Below are positions 35,859 to 45,406 of a DNA stretch of 64,000 nucleotides, piece by piece (within the stretch, counting starts at the first letter, position 1; the number at the start of each line of letters is the position of its first letter). Made by a program: the position numbers and the translations under genes. The notes under the pieces are model-generated. The model was not told the DNA's origin. It saw nothing but the letters and a program-made list of their open reading frames with translations, and searched no databases. The stretch is taken from NCBI GenBank assembly GCA_965242965.1, contig OZ251518.1:1056001-1120000 (forward strand). Reading direction: 5' to 3'. Source of the DNA: Candidatus Poribacteria bacterium (GTDB lineage: Bacteria > Poribacteria > WGA-4E > WGA-3G).

Positions 35859-38750
35859 TCAATTGGAAATCCGGCTCACAACGACAGGCTGATGCCCGAA
35901 TACTACCTGTCCGTGATGCATTAACGGCATTTCGCTAGTTTCAGGGTTCAACGTATCAACTGTCCAGAGCTGCCCGTTGTTCTCATACAAAATCCAGCGG
36001 CCCTCAGGGGGCATCCAGACAGGGTGGCTGCCGCCGTATCGTGTCAACTGCAGTTCTGTCGGGACACCGGTGGCTGAATAGGTGACGAGCCAAATCTGTT
36101 GCGTCGCTTCAGTAGGAAGTTGCGCTTGGGAAGACTCTCCTACAACGGGTGCCTCGGGGCCGACAATGCGGGTAAATACGAGCTGATTCGGATTTGCTGG
36201 AGACCAGGTTGGCTCACTGTCCGCATACGGGGAAACCACAAGGGGCTCAATGCTTTTCTTGACCTGGTCAAACGCATAGATATTTCGCGAAAGGTCGGCT
36301 TCCGCCGAATTTTCAATCGTTCCTTCCGTGACATAGGCGAGTAGGCTTCCGTCCACATTCCACGCCGGTGTGAAGTTACGCTGCGCGGTTGAAGGAACAA
36401 TAAACTCCTCTTCACTCTGAAGGTGCCGAATGACGACACGGTGCCGTTCTCCGAACTCGGCGCGGGTGTAGGCGAGGTAATTCGCATCTGGTGAGAGGGC
36501 AGCCTCGCGCGCCATCGCCCGTGCGCTCAGCACCACGCGTCCCTGCGGTGCAGCGTTGTCGTGAAGGATAATAGCACCTTCCGGTCCTTGATAAAGCAGC
36601 GTGCCATCGCTTGCCACCGTGGGATTAGAGCCGGGACCCAACGCTACCAACCCTGCCACGGCGGAGAGATGCCAGACAACGTTGTCGTAAGCAAAGTAGA
36701 TGATTAACCGTTCTTCCAACGGCAAACCTGATGCCGAAGAGGTCAAGACTGGAGAGTCTTTCCTACCCGCGGGCATATCCGCAGGTGAGGTAACAGCGTC
36801 AAGTATTCTGCTGTCGCCGGCAAGTGCTTCTTGTGTCGGTTTAAATTCTTGTGCCTCAACGAATTTCCAGCCTGCGCCATCAGCCTGCCATAGGAATCCT
36901 ACTCCCTTCGTCCAATATTTCCATTCTTCGTATTGCTTTCCGTTGCGGGTGAACCTGAAAACATCCGCCGGTTGTCCGTACCGCCTCTGAATCTCCCATC
37001 GGCCGCCATCTTCGATTTCCGCCATCGTGCCATTTTCGTCAATGTAAGATGCGAATATCTCAATATCAATATGTGCTGTCGTGCGGCCGGGGTATACGGT
37101 GACAAGCGTTGGCTCACCGCGCACAGGGAAACGGGTGCCGTAAATCCCCACACCATCGGTGATGCCGACATTCCCATCGCCGTTTCCATCGATGACTGCC
37201 ATCACGTAGTAACGCCCCGGTAGCACATTGACGTGGTAAGTTCCGTCGTCTGTCAACGTGATAGGCATCGGCACCGGTGACTGGAAGTCCGACGTATAGG
37301 CGAGACTTAAAACACCGGAAACCTCTTTCATATTCGGCACCGGCGGTTTTCCATCGAACGTGATTCTGCCGGCAATGCTCCCCTGTTTGATATCTGTCTC
37401 AATGCCGGGCAACGCGGTTTGGAGTTGTCCGTTCGCATCATACCTTGCGCTGATGATGATGTCAACGGTGTGCTCTGCCTGTCCTTCGGAATGCGCTTTC
37501 GTTAAGACTAACGGCGTGGGCTGTTGCGCCGTGATGTCTGTGGTCCCGTAGCCGCCTAATCCATCGCCTTCGCTGTATTTGCCGTTTCCATCGGCATCAA
37601 GCGTTGCGATGAGATAGTATTCGCCGGGTGGGAGTTTGAGGCGAAACGTGCTTCCCGCATCAGTTTCGGTACTCGCGAGCGGCCTGACGAAGCGCGAGTC
37701 GGCGTAGGCGTGAACCCGCGCCTGCGCGGCTTGCGGCGGAGACACCGTGCCGATAACCTCAACTAGGGTTTCGCTTTTTTCAAGCATCGCCTGATACTCT
37801 TCGTTCTTACGAACAGCGTCATACGTCGCGGTAATGGCTATCCTTAAATCTTCTGTCCATTTATTAGCAGCGACTAGCACAGGCTGTGGCATCGCGCCGC
37901 GCGCCTGTAGGTTATCAACCCCATAGAACCCGAAATCGTCCCCGGCATCCAAAGTATTCGTGCCGTTGTTATCCAGAATCGCCATGAGGTAATACTTGCC
38001 GGGTGCCAAGTTGAGCGTCCATTCGCCGGAAGGCTCCACTCGCGCGATGCCGGCACGGTATTTCCACGACAAATCGGTGTAGGCGAGGATTAAAGCGTGA
38101 CGTTCCAAAGCAGGATTTACAGGATTTACACGATTTACAGGATTTCCAAGATTTCTAGGATTTCCAGTGTTACGATTTCCGCCAAGTATTAGGCTCCCGC
38201 GGCATCCACTGGTTGCTTTGCTCAGTGCCGTCTGAAATTGCCGGAGTTCACTGGCTCGATATTCGGAGGCAGGCACAATCTGAACCGCGCCATCAATTAT
38301 CTGGACACGGCCGGTTATCGGGATGTGAACGCCGTGAATCTTTTGGTTCTCCTGCAATTCGACGACCTGCTTCTTTTGTCCCTTGTCCCCCCACGCCGTG
38401 ATACCGAAATAGCCGATTCCATCGCCGCCATCAAACTTACCTGATTTGTCGGTATCGACATAAGCGACGAGATAATACCGCCCCGGCTCCACGCCGAGGT
38501 TGAACTTCCCATCGCTGTGCTGCGGGATACCCATGAGGTAGAGCTGCGTTAGCCCTTCATCCCGATAGACAGATACGTTCGCGTGGGAGACATCTTGCCC
38601 TGGCCACACAACTTTGCCAGCGATTATCGCTGTCATTCGTTTCGTTGTTCCGCGGTTTTGTGCGTTTGGTGCCGAAGGTATCTGTGAGAGCGCGGCAAGC
38701 GGATAGAGCGCAATGCATATTAGCGGTAGTAGGCGTAGCAATCGTTTCAT
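35859..38750 (-). CDS. Large secreted protein: four repeated beta-sandwich/Ca-binding-like domains plus TolB-like propeller
   Basis: Signal peptide; PG-x-YY-x2-A-x2-D-x(D/N)-x2-G...GD(G/D)-x-G-x-(Y/F)G four times; C-terminal PD40-like SPD/PAW/PTWSP repeats. Confidence 0.8.
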   Translation of the reverse strand: MKRLLRLLPLICIALYPLAALSQIPSAPNAQNRGTTKRMTAIIAGKVVWPGQDVSHANVSVYRDEGLTQLYLMGIPQHSDGKFNLGVEPGRYYLVAYVDTDKSGKFDGGDGIGYFGITAWGDKGQKKQVVELQENQKIHGVHIPITGRVQIIDGAVQIVPASEYRASELRQFQTALSKATSGCRGSLILGGNRNTGNPRNLGNPVNRVNPVNPALERHALILAYTDLSWKYRAGIARVEPSGEWTLNLAPGKYYLMAILDNNGTNTLDAGDDFGFYGVDNLQARGAMPQPVLVAANKWTEDLRIAITATYDAVRKNEEYQAMLEKSETLVEVIGTVSPPQAAQARVHAYADSRFVRPLASTETDAGSTFRLKLPPGEYYLIATLDADGNGKYSEGDGLGGYGTTDITAQQPTPLVLTKAHSEGQAEHTVDIIISARYDANGQLQTALPGIETDIKQGSIAGRITFDGKPPVPNMKEVSGVLSLAYTSDFQSPVPMPITLTDDGTYHVNVLPGRYYVMAVIDGNGDGNVGITDGVGIYGTRFPVRGEPTLVTVYPGRTTAHIDIEIFASYIDENGTMAEIEDGGRWEIQRRYGQPADVFRFTRNGKQYEEWKYWTKGVGFLWQADGAGWKFVEAQEFKPTQEALAGDSRILDAVTSPADMPAGRKDSPVLTSSASGLPLEERLIIYFAYDNVVWHLSAVAGLVALGPGSNPTVASDGTLLYQGPEGAIILHDNAAPQGRVVLSARAMAREAALSPDANYLAYTRAEFGERHRVVIRHLQSEEEFIVPSTAQRNFTPAWNVDGSLLAYVTEGTIENSAEADLSRNIYAFDQVKKSIEPLVVSPYADSEPTWSPANPNQLVFTRIVGPEAPVVGESSQAQLPTEATQQIWLVTYSATGVPTELQLTRYGGSHPVWMPPEGRWILYENNGQLWTVDTLNPETSEMPLMHHGQVVFGHQPVVVSRISN

Positions 38751-38761
38751 ACTTTTCTCCA

Positions 38762-39010
38762 TTAGCAGGATGCGTCGTCTTCTTGGTGCGGGTATCGTGC
38801 CAAGTTCGGCGGGACCGGGAGATACGTCCGTCCTTTCTTCCGCTCCTCTATTTCCTGCGCTACCAAATAATCGTGAAGTTCGTCAAGGCTATTGAATTCG
38901 GCGTTGAACTCCCGTTTCATCTGATAGTATTCTTCGAGAATCGGATCTGTGTAAGTTTCCGGATCGAAGTCGGGAATCGGATATTTTTGAGGCGTTTCTT
39001 TCATTGTCAT
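38762..39010 (-). CDS. Small hypothetical protein (82 aa)
   Basis: GGAGG RBS; MTMKETPQKYPIPDFDPETYTDPILEEYYQMKREF... Confidence 0.65.
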   Translation of the reverse strand: MTMKETPQKYPIPDFDPETYTDPILEEYYQMKREFNAEFNSLDELHDYLVAQEIEERKKGRTYLPVPPNLARYPHQEDDASC

Positions 39011-39126
39011 TTCCTCCATTAGGGTTGTCGGTGTGCAGACAGTGGCGAGGCGAAACCTTGACCGAGGTCTGCCGCGAAATAACTGACAACCCGTATTGAA
39101 ATAGGCACGCTGTCTTCTTCCCATAT

Positions 39127-39155
39127 ATTTTAACATAGAATACCTTTTTTTGCAA
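39127..39155 (-). promoter_or_regulatory. Sigma70-type promoter for the minus-strand gene run
   Basis: TTGCAA-17 bp-TAAAAT with TG extension on the minus strand. Confidence 0.6.
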
Positions 39156-39172
39156 ATTGAGGCAAATTCGTT

Positions 39173-39841
39173 GTAGGCGAGACCTCCCGGTCTCAATGTT
39201 CCCGTAGCGCGGGGGGCTGTCCCCCGCGATCGTTCGTCTCAAGATGCCGTCTTAGGTCCTTTAGGACCTACATGTCTATAGAAAAACGTGTTGTGCTGTT
39301 TTCAAGGTCCTTTAGGTCCTTAATAAAACACGCGCGGTGTGTCAAAACCTGTTAAGGACCTAAAGGACCTTAGGGTTCTTCGCAGCCTCACGTGCTATAG
39401 ACATTAAGGTCCTACGGACCTAAAACCGTTTTTTTCATCGTAGGGCGAGGGCCTGTCCCTCGCCAGCGTTCCTGCACGCGCCAGGCCCTGTAGGTCAGGA
39501 TCGCCTGATCCTGACCTGTTTGTGATCAGGCAATCACAAACTACAGAGAGGGGAAAACGAAAAAAAAAGGTATTCCTCGTAGGGCGAGGGCCTGTCCCTC
39601 GCCATGCGTTTTGGTGTCAGAACGCCTCCCCCCTGTAGGTCAAGATCGCCCGATCTTGACCCGTTTGTGATCAGGCGATCACAAACTACAGAGGTGGGCC
39701 CGATGCCTTCGCGGTAGGAGGGACATCCTTGTCCCGATACGAAAAATCGAGACCAGAGGTCTCTCCTACTCCAGCGTTCGCGGGGGACAGGCCCCCGCGC
39801 TACGGTAACCGGCACGGTTTCTTGAGTTATGAAACATCCTC
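39173..39841. repeat. REP-like cluster with AGGTCC/GGACCT element (39252-39422) and TIR-like right end
   Basis: At least five hairpin families; ends GAGTTATGAAACATCCTC. Confidence 0.85.
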
Positions 39842-39881
39842 AGTAAATTATAACACAATTCGCTGAAAATGTCAAAATAGG

Positions 39882-39911
39882 TTGCAATTTATTGCCAAAT
39901 TAAGGTATACT
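39882..39911 (+). promoter_or_regulatory. Promoter giving a probably leaderless mRNA
   Basis: TTGCAA-18 bp-TATACT; ATG follows after a 6-nt gap; no Shine-Dalgarno. Confidence 0.55.
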
Positions 39912-39917
39912 TAAATC

Positions 39918-42900
39918 ATGCCAACTCTCACCCTCAAACCGACGCATAAATCCATAGTTACCTACTACGATGCCCTGCACCAGTATCGCCGCCACGGTGT
40001 CTCCCACGAAACCGCAGTGCGCGCCGCCTTTCAAGCACTCCTCGAAGCATGCGCCCGGCAACGCGACTGGACGCTCATCTGCGAATATACGCGCCGCCTC
40101 CCCGGCAGCAATGCCATCCGCCTTGACGGCGCACTACTCGACGAACACAGCCTCCCCCGCGGCACGTGGGAAGCGAAAGGCATCAAAGGCACGCTCCGCG
40201 CCGAAATCGATAAGAAATTCGCCGCCGGGTATCCGCAGGACAACATCCTCTTCCAAACGCCAGAACGCGCGATTCTCTACCAAAACGGCGTGGAAGTGCT
40301 GGACGCAGACATCACCGAGGGTGAAACGCTTGTCACCGTGCTGCAGACATTTTTCGCCTACGAACGCGAACATGCCGCCGAATGGGATGCCGCCATCGCT
40401 GAATTTAAGGTGCGCGTGCCAGAACTCGGCCGTGAAGTGGCGGCACTCATCAAGCAGCAACACCAAACCAATGCGCGCTTCCGGACAGCGTTCGCCGATT
40501 TCCATCGTCTCTGCCAAGCCGCCATTCACCCGAACCTCTCCACGGCGGCGGTGGAGGAAATGCTCATCCAGCACCTCTTGACAGAACGCACCTTCCGCAC
40601 CGTTTTCAATACGCCCGACTTCACGCGCCGAAACGTCATCGCGCGGGAGATAGAGAAAGTGATTGACGCACTCGCATCCAAGGCGTTTAGCCGCGGCGTG
40701 TTCCTTCAGAAACTCGACCGGTTTTATCACGTCATTGAACGTGAGGCGGCGACACTCGTGGACTTTTCGCAGAAACAGCATTTTCTGAATACCATCTACG
40801 AGCAGTTTTTTCAGGGGTTCTCCGTGAAACAGGCGGACACGCACGGCATCGTCTACACGCCGCAGCCCATCGTCGATTTCATGGTGAAGAGCGTTGACGC
40901 GCTGCTCAAAACGCAGTTCAATCGTTCCCTCGCCGATGCAGGCGTTCATATCATCGATGCGTTCGTCGGCACCGGCAACTTCATCGTCCGGCTGATGCGC
41001 GAGATACCCAAGACGCAACTTGAACCGAAATACCGCGCCGAGCTCTGGTGCAATGAGGTGCTGTTGTTGCCTTACTACATCGCCTGTCTCAACATCGAAC
41101 ACGAATTTTACGAGGCGACAGGGGAATATCTACCGTTTGAAGGCATCTCCCTCGTGGACACGTTTGAGTTGGCGGAAGAACGGCAGTTATCGCTCTTAAC
41201 GCAAGAAAACACGGCGCGTGTGGAGAAGCAGAAAGCCTCGCCGATGTTTGTCGTCATCGGGAATCCACCGTATAACGTCGGACAGCAGAACGAGAACGAT
41301 AACAACAAAAATCGGCGGTATCCGGCGATGGACAAACGCGTGCAAGAAACCTACGCGAAAGACTCCACCGCCACCAACAAAAACGCGCTCTACGACACCT
41401 ATGTCAAGGCACTCCGTTGGGCTTCCGAGAGGATCGGCGAACAGGGGATTATCGCGCTCGTCACGAATAACAGTTTTCTTGACAGCACCTCGTTTGATGG
41501 CATGCGGAAACACCTCGCTGAGGACTTTGACGAAATCTATGTCGTCGACTTGGGTGGCAATGCGCGGCGTGATAAACTCGTCGCTGATGCGAGCGTTTTT
41601 GGCATCCGCGTCGGCGTGAGTATTAATTTTTTCGTCAAGGGCACGGCGAGGGACAGGCACCAGGGATTACGTAGCGCGGGGGCCTGTCCCCCGCGATCGC
41701 TGCATGGCGAGGAAAATTCCGCCCGCATCTTCTATTACCGCACCGATGACGCGTGGAACAAACACCAGAAATTCGATTTCTTGACGCAAACTGAACACGT
41801 TGGGAACGTAGACTGGCAAACGCTAGAACCCGATGCACGAAATACCTGGCTCACCGAGGGACTCACCCCTGAATTTTTGACGTTCATGCCGATAGGGAGC
41901 AAAGCGGCAAAACGGGAGAAAAAGGAGCCTGCCGGGGTGATATTCCACCAGTTCAGCAACGGTGTGCAAACAAGCCGTGATGCATGGGCTTACAATTTCA
42001 ACCGAGAAACGCTCATCGAAAAGGTGAAAGCCACAAGTGACACTTACAATACGGAGATGCTCCGGTGGCAGAACACCCCCGAAACCGCGCGTTCAAACAT
42101 TGATGACTTTGTGGTAGACGATAACACCAAAATCAAGTGGAGTTCAGGGCTCAAACAGAAATTATTGAGTGGACAACGTGCTGAATTCTCGCCCGAAAAC
42201 ATGCGGCAGGCTCTCTTCCGGCCCTTTACGAAAACGAACTTGTTCTTTGACAACGTCCTCACGCACCGAAGATCCATTTTTCCGGTAACCTTCCCGAATC
42301 TAGAAACCGAAGGGGAGAATCGCGTGTTTTGTGTGAGTTCCGTTGGCGCACTGAAACCGTTTCATGTCTTGATGGTATCCGCGATGCCAGATTACCATTT
42401 AACCGGTGATTCTCAGTGCTTCCCCTTCTACATTTACGATGAAGATGGGACAAACCGCCGCGAAAACATTACCGATTGGGCACTGCAAAACTTCCGTTCG
42501 CACTACGACGACGAAACTATCACGAAGTGGGATATTTTCAACTATACCTACGGCATCCTGCATCATCCCGAGTATCGCGAACGTTACGCCGCCGATTTGA
42601 AGCGAGATCTGCCGCATTTTCCTTACGCCCCTGATTTCTGGGCATTTGCGAATGCCGGTGCAAAACTCGCCGAACTGCACGTCCATTATGAGGCGCAGCC
42701 GGAATATCCACTCACGTTTGTGGAAGATGCGACGAAGCAACTGGATTTCCGCGTCAAGCGGATGAAGTTCTCCAAAGACAAGACATCGCTTATCTATAAC
42801 GAGTTTTTGACGTTGTCGGGGATTCCTGCGGAGGTATTTTCGTATCGCTTGGGGCAGTATTCGGCGTTAGAGTGGGTAGTGAACCAGTATCGTGTGAAGA

Positions 42901-43040
42901 CAGATGCGCGGAGTGGTATTGTGAACGATCCGAATGATGCGGCGAATCCGCGTTATATTGTGGAACTCATCGGTTCGGTGATTACGGTGAGTTTGGAGAC
43001 GTGTAAGATTGTTGAGGAGTTGCCGTCGTTTCGACGGTGA
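39918..43040 (+). CDS. Single-chain restriction-modification enzyme (nuclease + N6-adenine MTase + type ISP-like specificity domain; type IIG/IIL-like)
   Basis: RLDG...WEAK nuclease motif; GIVYTP; motif I DAFVGTGNF; motif IV GNPPY; C-terminal FRPF, YGILH..YRERY, SALEWVV..Y; no helicase motifs. Confidence 0.9.
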   Translation: MPTLTLKPTHKSIVTYYDALHQYRRHGVSHETAVRAAFQALLEACARQRDWTLICEYTRRLPGSNAIRLDGALLDEHSLPRGTWEAKGIKGTLRAEIDKKFAAGYPQDNILFQTPERAILYQNGVEVLDADITEGETLVTVLQTFFAYEREHAAEWDAAIAEFKVRVPELGREVAALIKQQHQTNARFRTAFADFHRLCQAAIHPNLSTAAVEEMLIQHLLTERTFRTVFNTPDFTRRNVIAREIEKVIDALASKAFSRGVFLQKLDRFYHVIEREAATLVDFSQKQHFLNTIYEQFFQGFSVKQADTHGIVYTPQPIVDFMVKSVDALLKTQFNRSLADAGVHIIDAFVGTGNFIVRLMREIPKTQLEPKYRAELWCNEVLLLPYYIACLNIEHEFYEATGEYLPFEGISLVDTFELAEERQLSLLTQENTARVEKQKASPMFVVIGNPPYNVGQQNENDNNKNRRYPAMDKRVQETYAKDSTATNKNALYDTYVKALRWASERIGEQGIIALVTNNSFLDSTSFDGMRKHLAEDFDEIYVVDLGGNARRDKLVADASVFGIRVGVSINFFVKGTARDRHQGLRSAGACPPRSLHGEENSARIFYYRTDDAWNKHQKFDFLTQTEHVGNVDWQTLEPDARNTWLTEGLTPEFLTFMPIGSKAAKREKKEPAGVIFHQFSNGVQTSRDAWAYNFNRETLIEKVKATSDTYNTEMLRWQNTPETARSNIDDFVVDDNTKIKWSSGLKQKLLSGQRAEFSPENMRQALFRPFTKTNLFFDNVLTHRRSIFPVTFPNLETEGENRVFCVSSVGALKPFHVLMVSAMPDYHLTGDSQCFPFYIYDEDGTNRRENITDWALQNFRSHYDDETITKWDIFNYTYGILHHPEYRERYAADLKRDLPHFPYAPDFWAFANAGAKLAELHVHYEAQPEYPLTFVEDATKQLDFRVKRMKFSKDKTSLIYNEFLTLSGIPAEVFSYRLGQYSALEWVVNQYRVKTDARSGIVNDPNDAANPRYIVELIGSVITVSLETCKIVEELPSFRR

Positions 43041-43066
43041 AAAAACGCCGTCCTTTCACGGAACGA

Positions 43067-43352
43067 TCGCGAGGGACAGGCCCCCGCGCTACGGTATCCG
43101 GAACGGCTCCCTTTACCGTAGGGCGAGGGCCCTCGGATGCCACACGCGCATGCGAGCGGGTTCCCCTCGCCATGCTGCGATTACCAGGGTCTGTAGGTCA
43201 GGATCGCCTGATCCTGACCCGTTTGTGATCAGGCGATCACAAACTACAGAGGGGGGGAAACGAAAAAAAACGCCACCCCCTCACTCCAACGATCGCGGGG
43301 GACAGGCCCCCGCGCTACGATAAAAAAAACGGTTCTTGAACCATCGCGGGGG
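43067..43352. repeat. REP-like cluster
   Basis: Same GTAG hairpin families. Confidence 0.85.
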
Positions 43353-43385
43353 AAATTGGAATTTTGATTGAATTGTGAAAAATAT

Positions 43386-43414
43386 TTGACATTTAACGAA
43401 AAATATGATATAAT
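43386..43414 (+). promoter_or_regulatory. Consensus sigma70 promoter
   Basis: TTGACA-17 bp-TATAAT with TG extension. Confidence 0.8.
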
Positions 43415-43493
43415 ATACGTAACCTGCATATCGTCACCTTGCGATATGAAATTGTCAAACCGAAACAACGAAGTTGAAGAGGAGACAAAGACA

Positions 43494-44255
43494 ATGAGAA
43501 AAGCCTATTTTGTTTGCGCAGTGCTGCTGATGCTGAGTTTTTCCCTATCGGCGTTTGCGCAAAACGCGCAAGAAGAACACCTGCTCGGCTGGTGGCTCTT
43601 TGATAGCGAGAAAGACGAGATGGGGAATTGGGATGACATCGCCCTACACGGTGCCGAACTCAAGGACGGGCAACTCGTCGTTGAAACCGGCAGATGGGCG
43701 CACGCGCTTGAATATTCCGGTCCCGACATTGAAGAGAAAACCTTGATGTCGTGGGTAGCGTTGGATAACCTCGCCGCAACGGCAGGCTCCGCGCTGACGC
43801 TTGACAAGGAAACCGAAGACCAGTTCAACGGCATCGTCTACGCTGAACGGGAGCCGAACCAGTGGATGTCCGGCAGCAGCTGGTTTCACCGCACCGAAGA
43901 TTTCCCGAAAGCGTTCAACGAAAAAAAGGAAGGCGAGATGGTTTTCTTAGCCTTCACTTATGAGAATGACGGCGGGGATTACAAGGTCTCGGGGTATCGC
44001 AACGGCGAGAGCCTCGGCAGCTATACGAAAGGGGAACTCAAAACATGGCCGACAGGCGATGCCGAAGCGATTTGGGGCAAGCGGCATACAAACGGCTTGG
44101 GTGGCCCCGGTGAACTGAACGCGCATATCGAAGAATCCCGTATCTATGCGGTTGCTCTGACACAGGACGAGATTCAGACTTTGGAAATCGGCACGCTTTC
44201 AGTCGATGCGCAGGGGAAGCTTGCTACTCGGTGGGCATCGTTGAAGGCGAAGTAA
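43494..44255 (+). CDS. Secreted LamG/concanavalin-like domain protein with KLA-x2-W C-terminal motif
   Basis: GAGGAG RBS; signal peptide; LLGWWLFD...IEESRIYAVALT; tail VDAQGKLATRWASLK. Confidence 0.8.
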   Translation: MRKAYFVCAVLLMLSFSLSAFAQNAQEEHLLGWWLFDSEKDEMGNWDDIALHGAELKDGQLVVETGRWAHALEYSGPDIEEKTLMSWVALDNLAATAGSALTLDKETEDQFNGIVYAEREPNQWMSGSSWFHRTEDFPKAFNEKKEGEMVFLAFTYENDGGDYKVSGYRNGESLGSYTKGELKTWPTGDAEAIWGKRHTNGLGGPGELNAHIEESRIYAVALTQDEIQTLEIGTLSVDAQGKLATRWASLKAK

Positions 44256-44258
44256 CGT

Positions 44259-44690
44259 GAGGGGGTTTCATAAATCGACCAACGTTGCGGTGAAAAAACG
44301 CGCCCTCTCACCGTAGGGCGAGGGCCTGTCCCTCGCCAGGCAACGATCTGAGCAGCAAACAGCCGGAGTCTCTGGGCCGCGGGCGTTTTCCGCAAAGGTT
44401 GAGAGATCGCGGGGGAAACCCGCTCGGATGCGCGTATGGCATCCGAGGGCCCTCGCGCTACGATGAAAAACGCGTCCCCTCACCGTAGGGCGAGGGCCTG
44501 TCCCTCGCCATGCAACGATCTGAGCAGCAAACATCTGGGGTTTCTGAGCTGCGGGCGTTTTCCGCAAAGGTTGAGAGATCGCGGGGGACAGGCCCCCGCG
44601 CTACGGTGAGAGAAAAGCCGCCCCTTTACCGTAGGGCGAGGGCCTGTCCCTCGCCATGCCTAAGGTCTGGAAGACCTTAATGTCTATAGC
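44259..44690. repeat. REP-like cluster beginning with TIR-like GAGGGGGTTTCATAA; contains a ~180-bp tandem duplication
   Basis: ~44290-44415 recurs at ~44462-44587, including the spacer CAACGATCTGAGCAGCAAACA. Confidence 0.85.
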
Positions 44691-44716
44691 ATCCTGCATC
44701 TACCGGGCCCAGTCTC

Positions 44717-45403
44717 ATGGCACAATTTCGCACCTGTCTCGTGCAGGTTTTCATCCCATTTTTATTGCTTATCGTGTTCGCCGCAATTGGCGCGGCGGAA
44801 GAAGCACGCTGGACATTTGACGATACCGCCGCTGACTGGGTTGCCGCCAACGGCACCTGGGAGGTGCAGGACGGTGTCTATAAGCAGACGACGCGGTGGG
44901 GAAAAGCGATGCACGCGCTCGTAGACAACGACGTATGGACGGACCACGAGCTCTCGGCGAAGGTGCGGATTGAGGCAGGGCATTGGGCAGGCATCGTCTT
45001 TCGCGCGCAGAACGAGTTTGAATACTACGTGTATCTCCTCTGTCCGAAAGAGAACAAATCGGAGTTGTGGCGGCATCGGCGCAGTACGGCATTCAAGGAT
45101 GGGTTTGAAGGGCGCGACGAGATCGAGCATGACATTGAACCGATCGGTCTCACCCTTACCAAACAAGAGTGGTTCACTTTGAACGTGCGTGCCGAAGGCG
45201 ACCGGATTACGGTGGCGATTAACGGCATCCAACAGGGGGTCTTCACAGACAGCACTTATCCTGCGGGAACGGTAGGGCTGTGGGCATGGGATACGCAAGC
45301 CAGTTTTGACGATGTCAGCGTTACCGATGAACTAACGCCTGTCACACCGGTTGAACCGCGGGAGAAACTTGCGATTTCGTGGGCGGATTTAAAGCGGCAG
45401 TAA
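44717..45403 (+). CDS. Secreted DUF1080/lectin-like beta-sandwich protein with KLA-x2-W tail
   Basis: GTWEVQDG, AGIVFRAQ, GTVGL...FDDVSV; tail VEPREKLAISWADLK. Confidence 0.8.
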   Translation: MAQFRTCLVQVFIPFLLLIVFAAIGAAEEARWTFDDTAADWVAANGTWEVQDGVYKQTTRWGKAMHALVDNDVWTDHELSAKVRIEAGHWAGIVFRAQNEFEYYVYLLCPKENKSELWRHRRSTAFKDGFEGRDEIEHDIEPIGLTLTKQEWFTLNVRAEGDRITVAINGIQQGVFTDSTYPAGTVGLWAWDTQASFDDVSVTDELTPVTPVEPREKLAISWADLKRQ

Positions 45404-45406
45404 TCT

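Noticed and set aside
40134-41102. 322-aa antisense ORF in the R-M gene (and similar long antisense ORFs elsewhere)
   Set aside because: Typical stop-poor antisense frame of a GC3-rich gene; no recognisable motifs
39918-43040. Full type ISP enzyme
   Set aside because: No Walker A/DExH helicase motifs, and the protein is too short to hold the translocase
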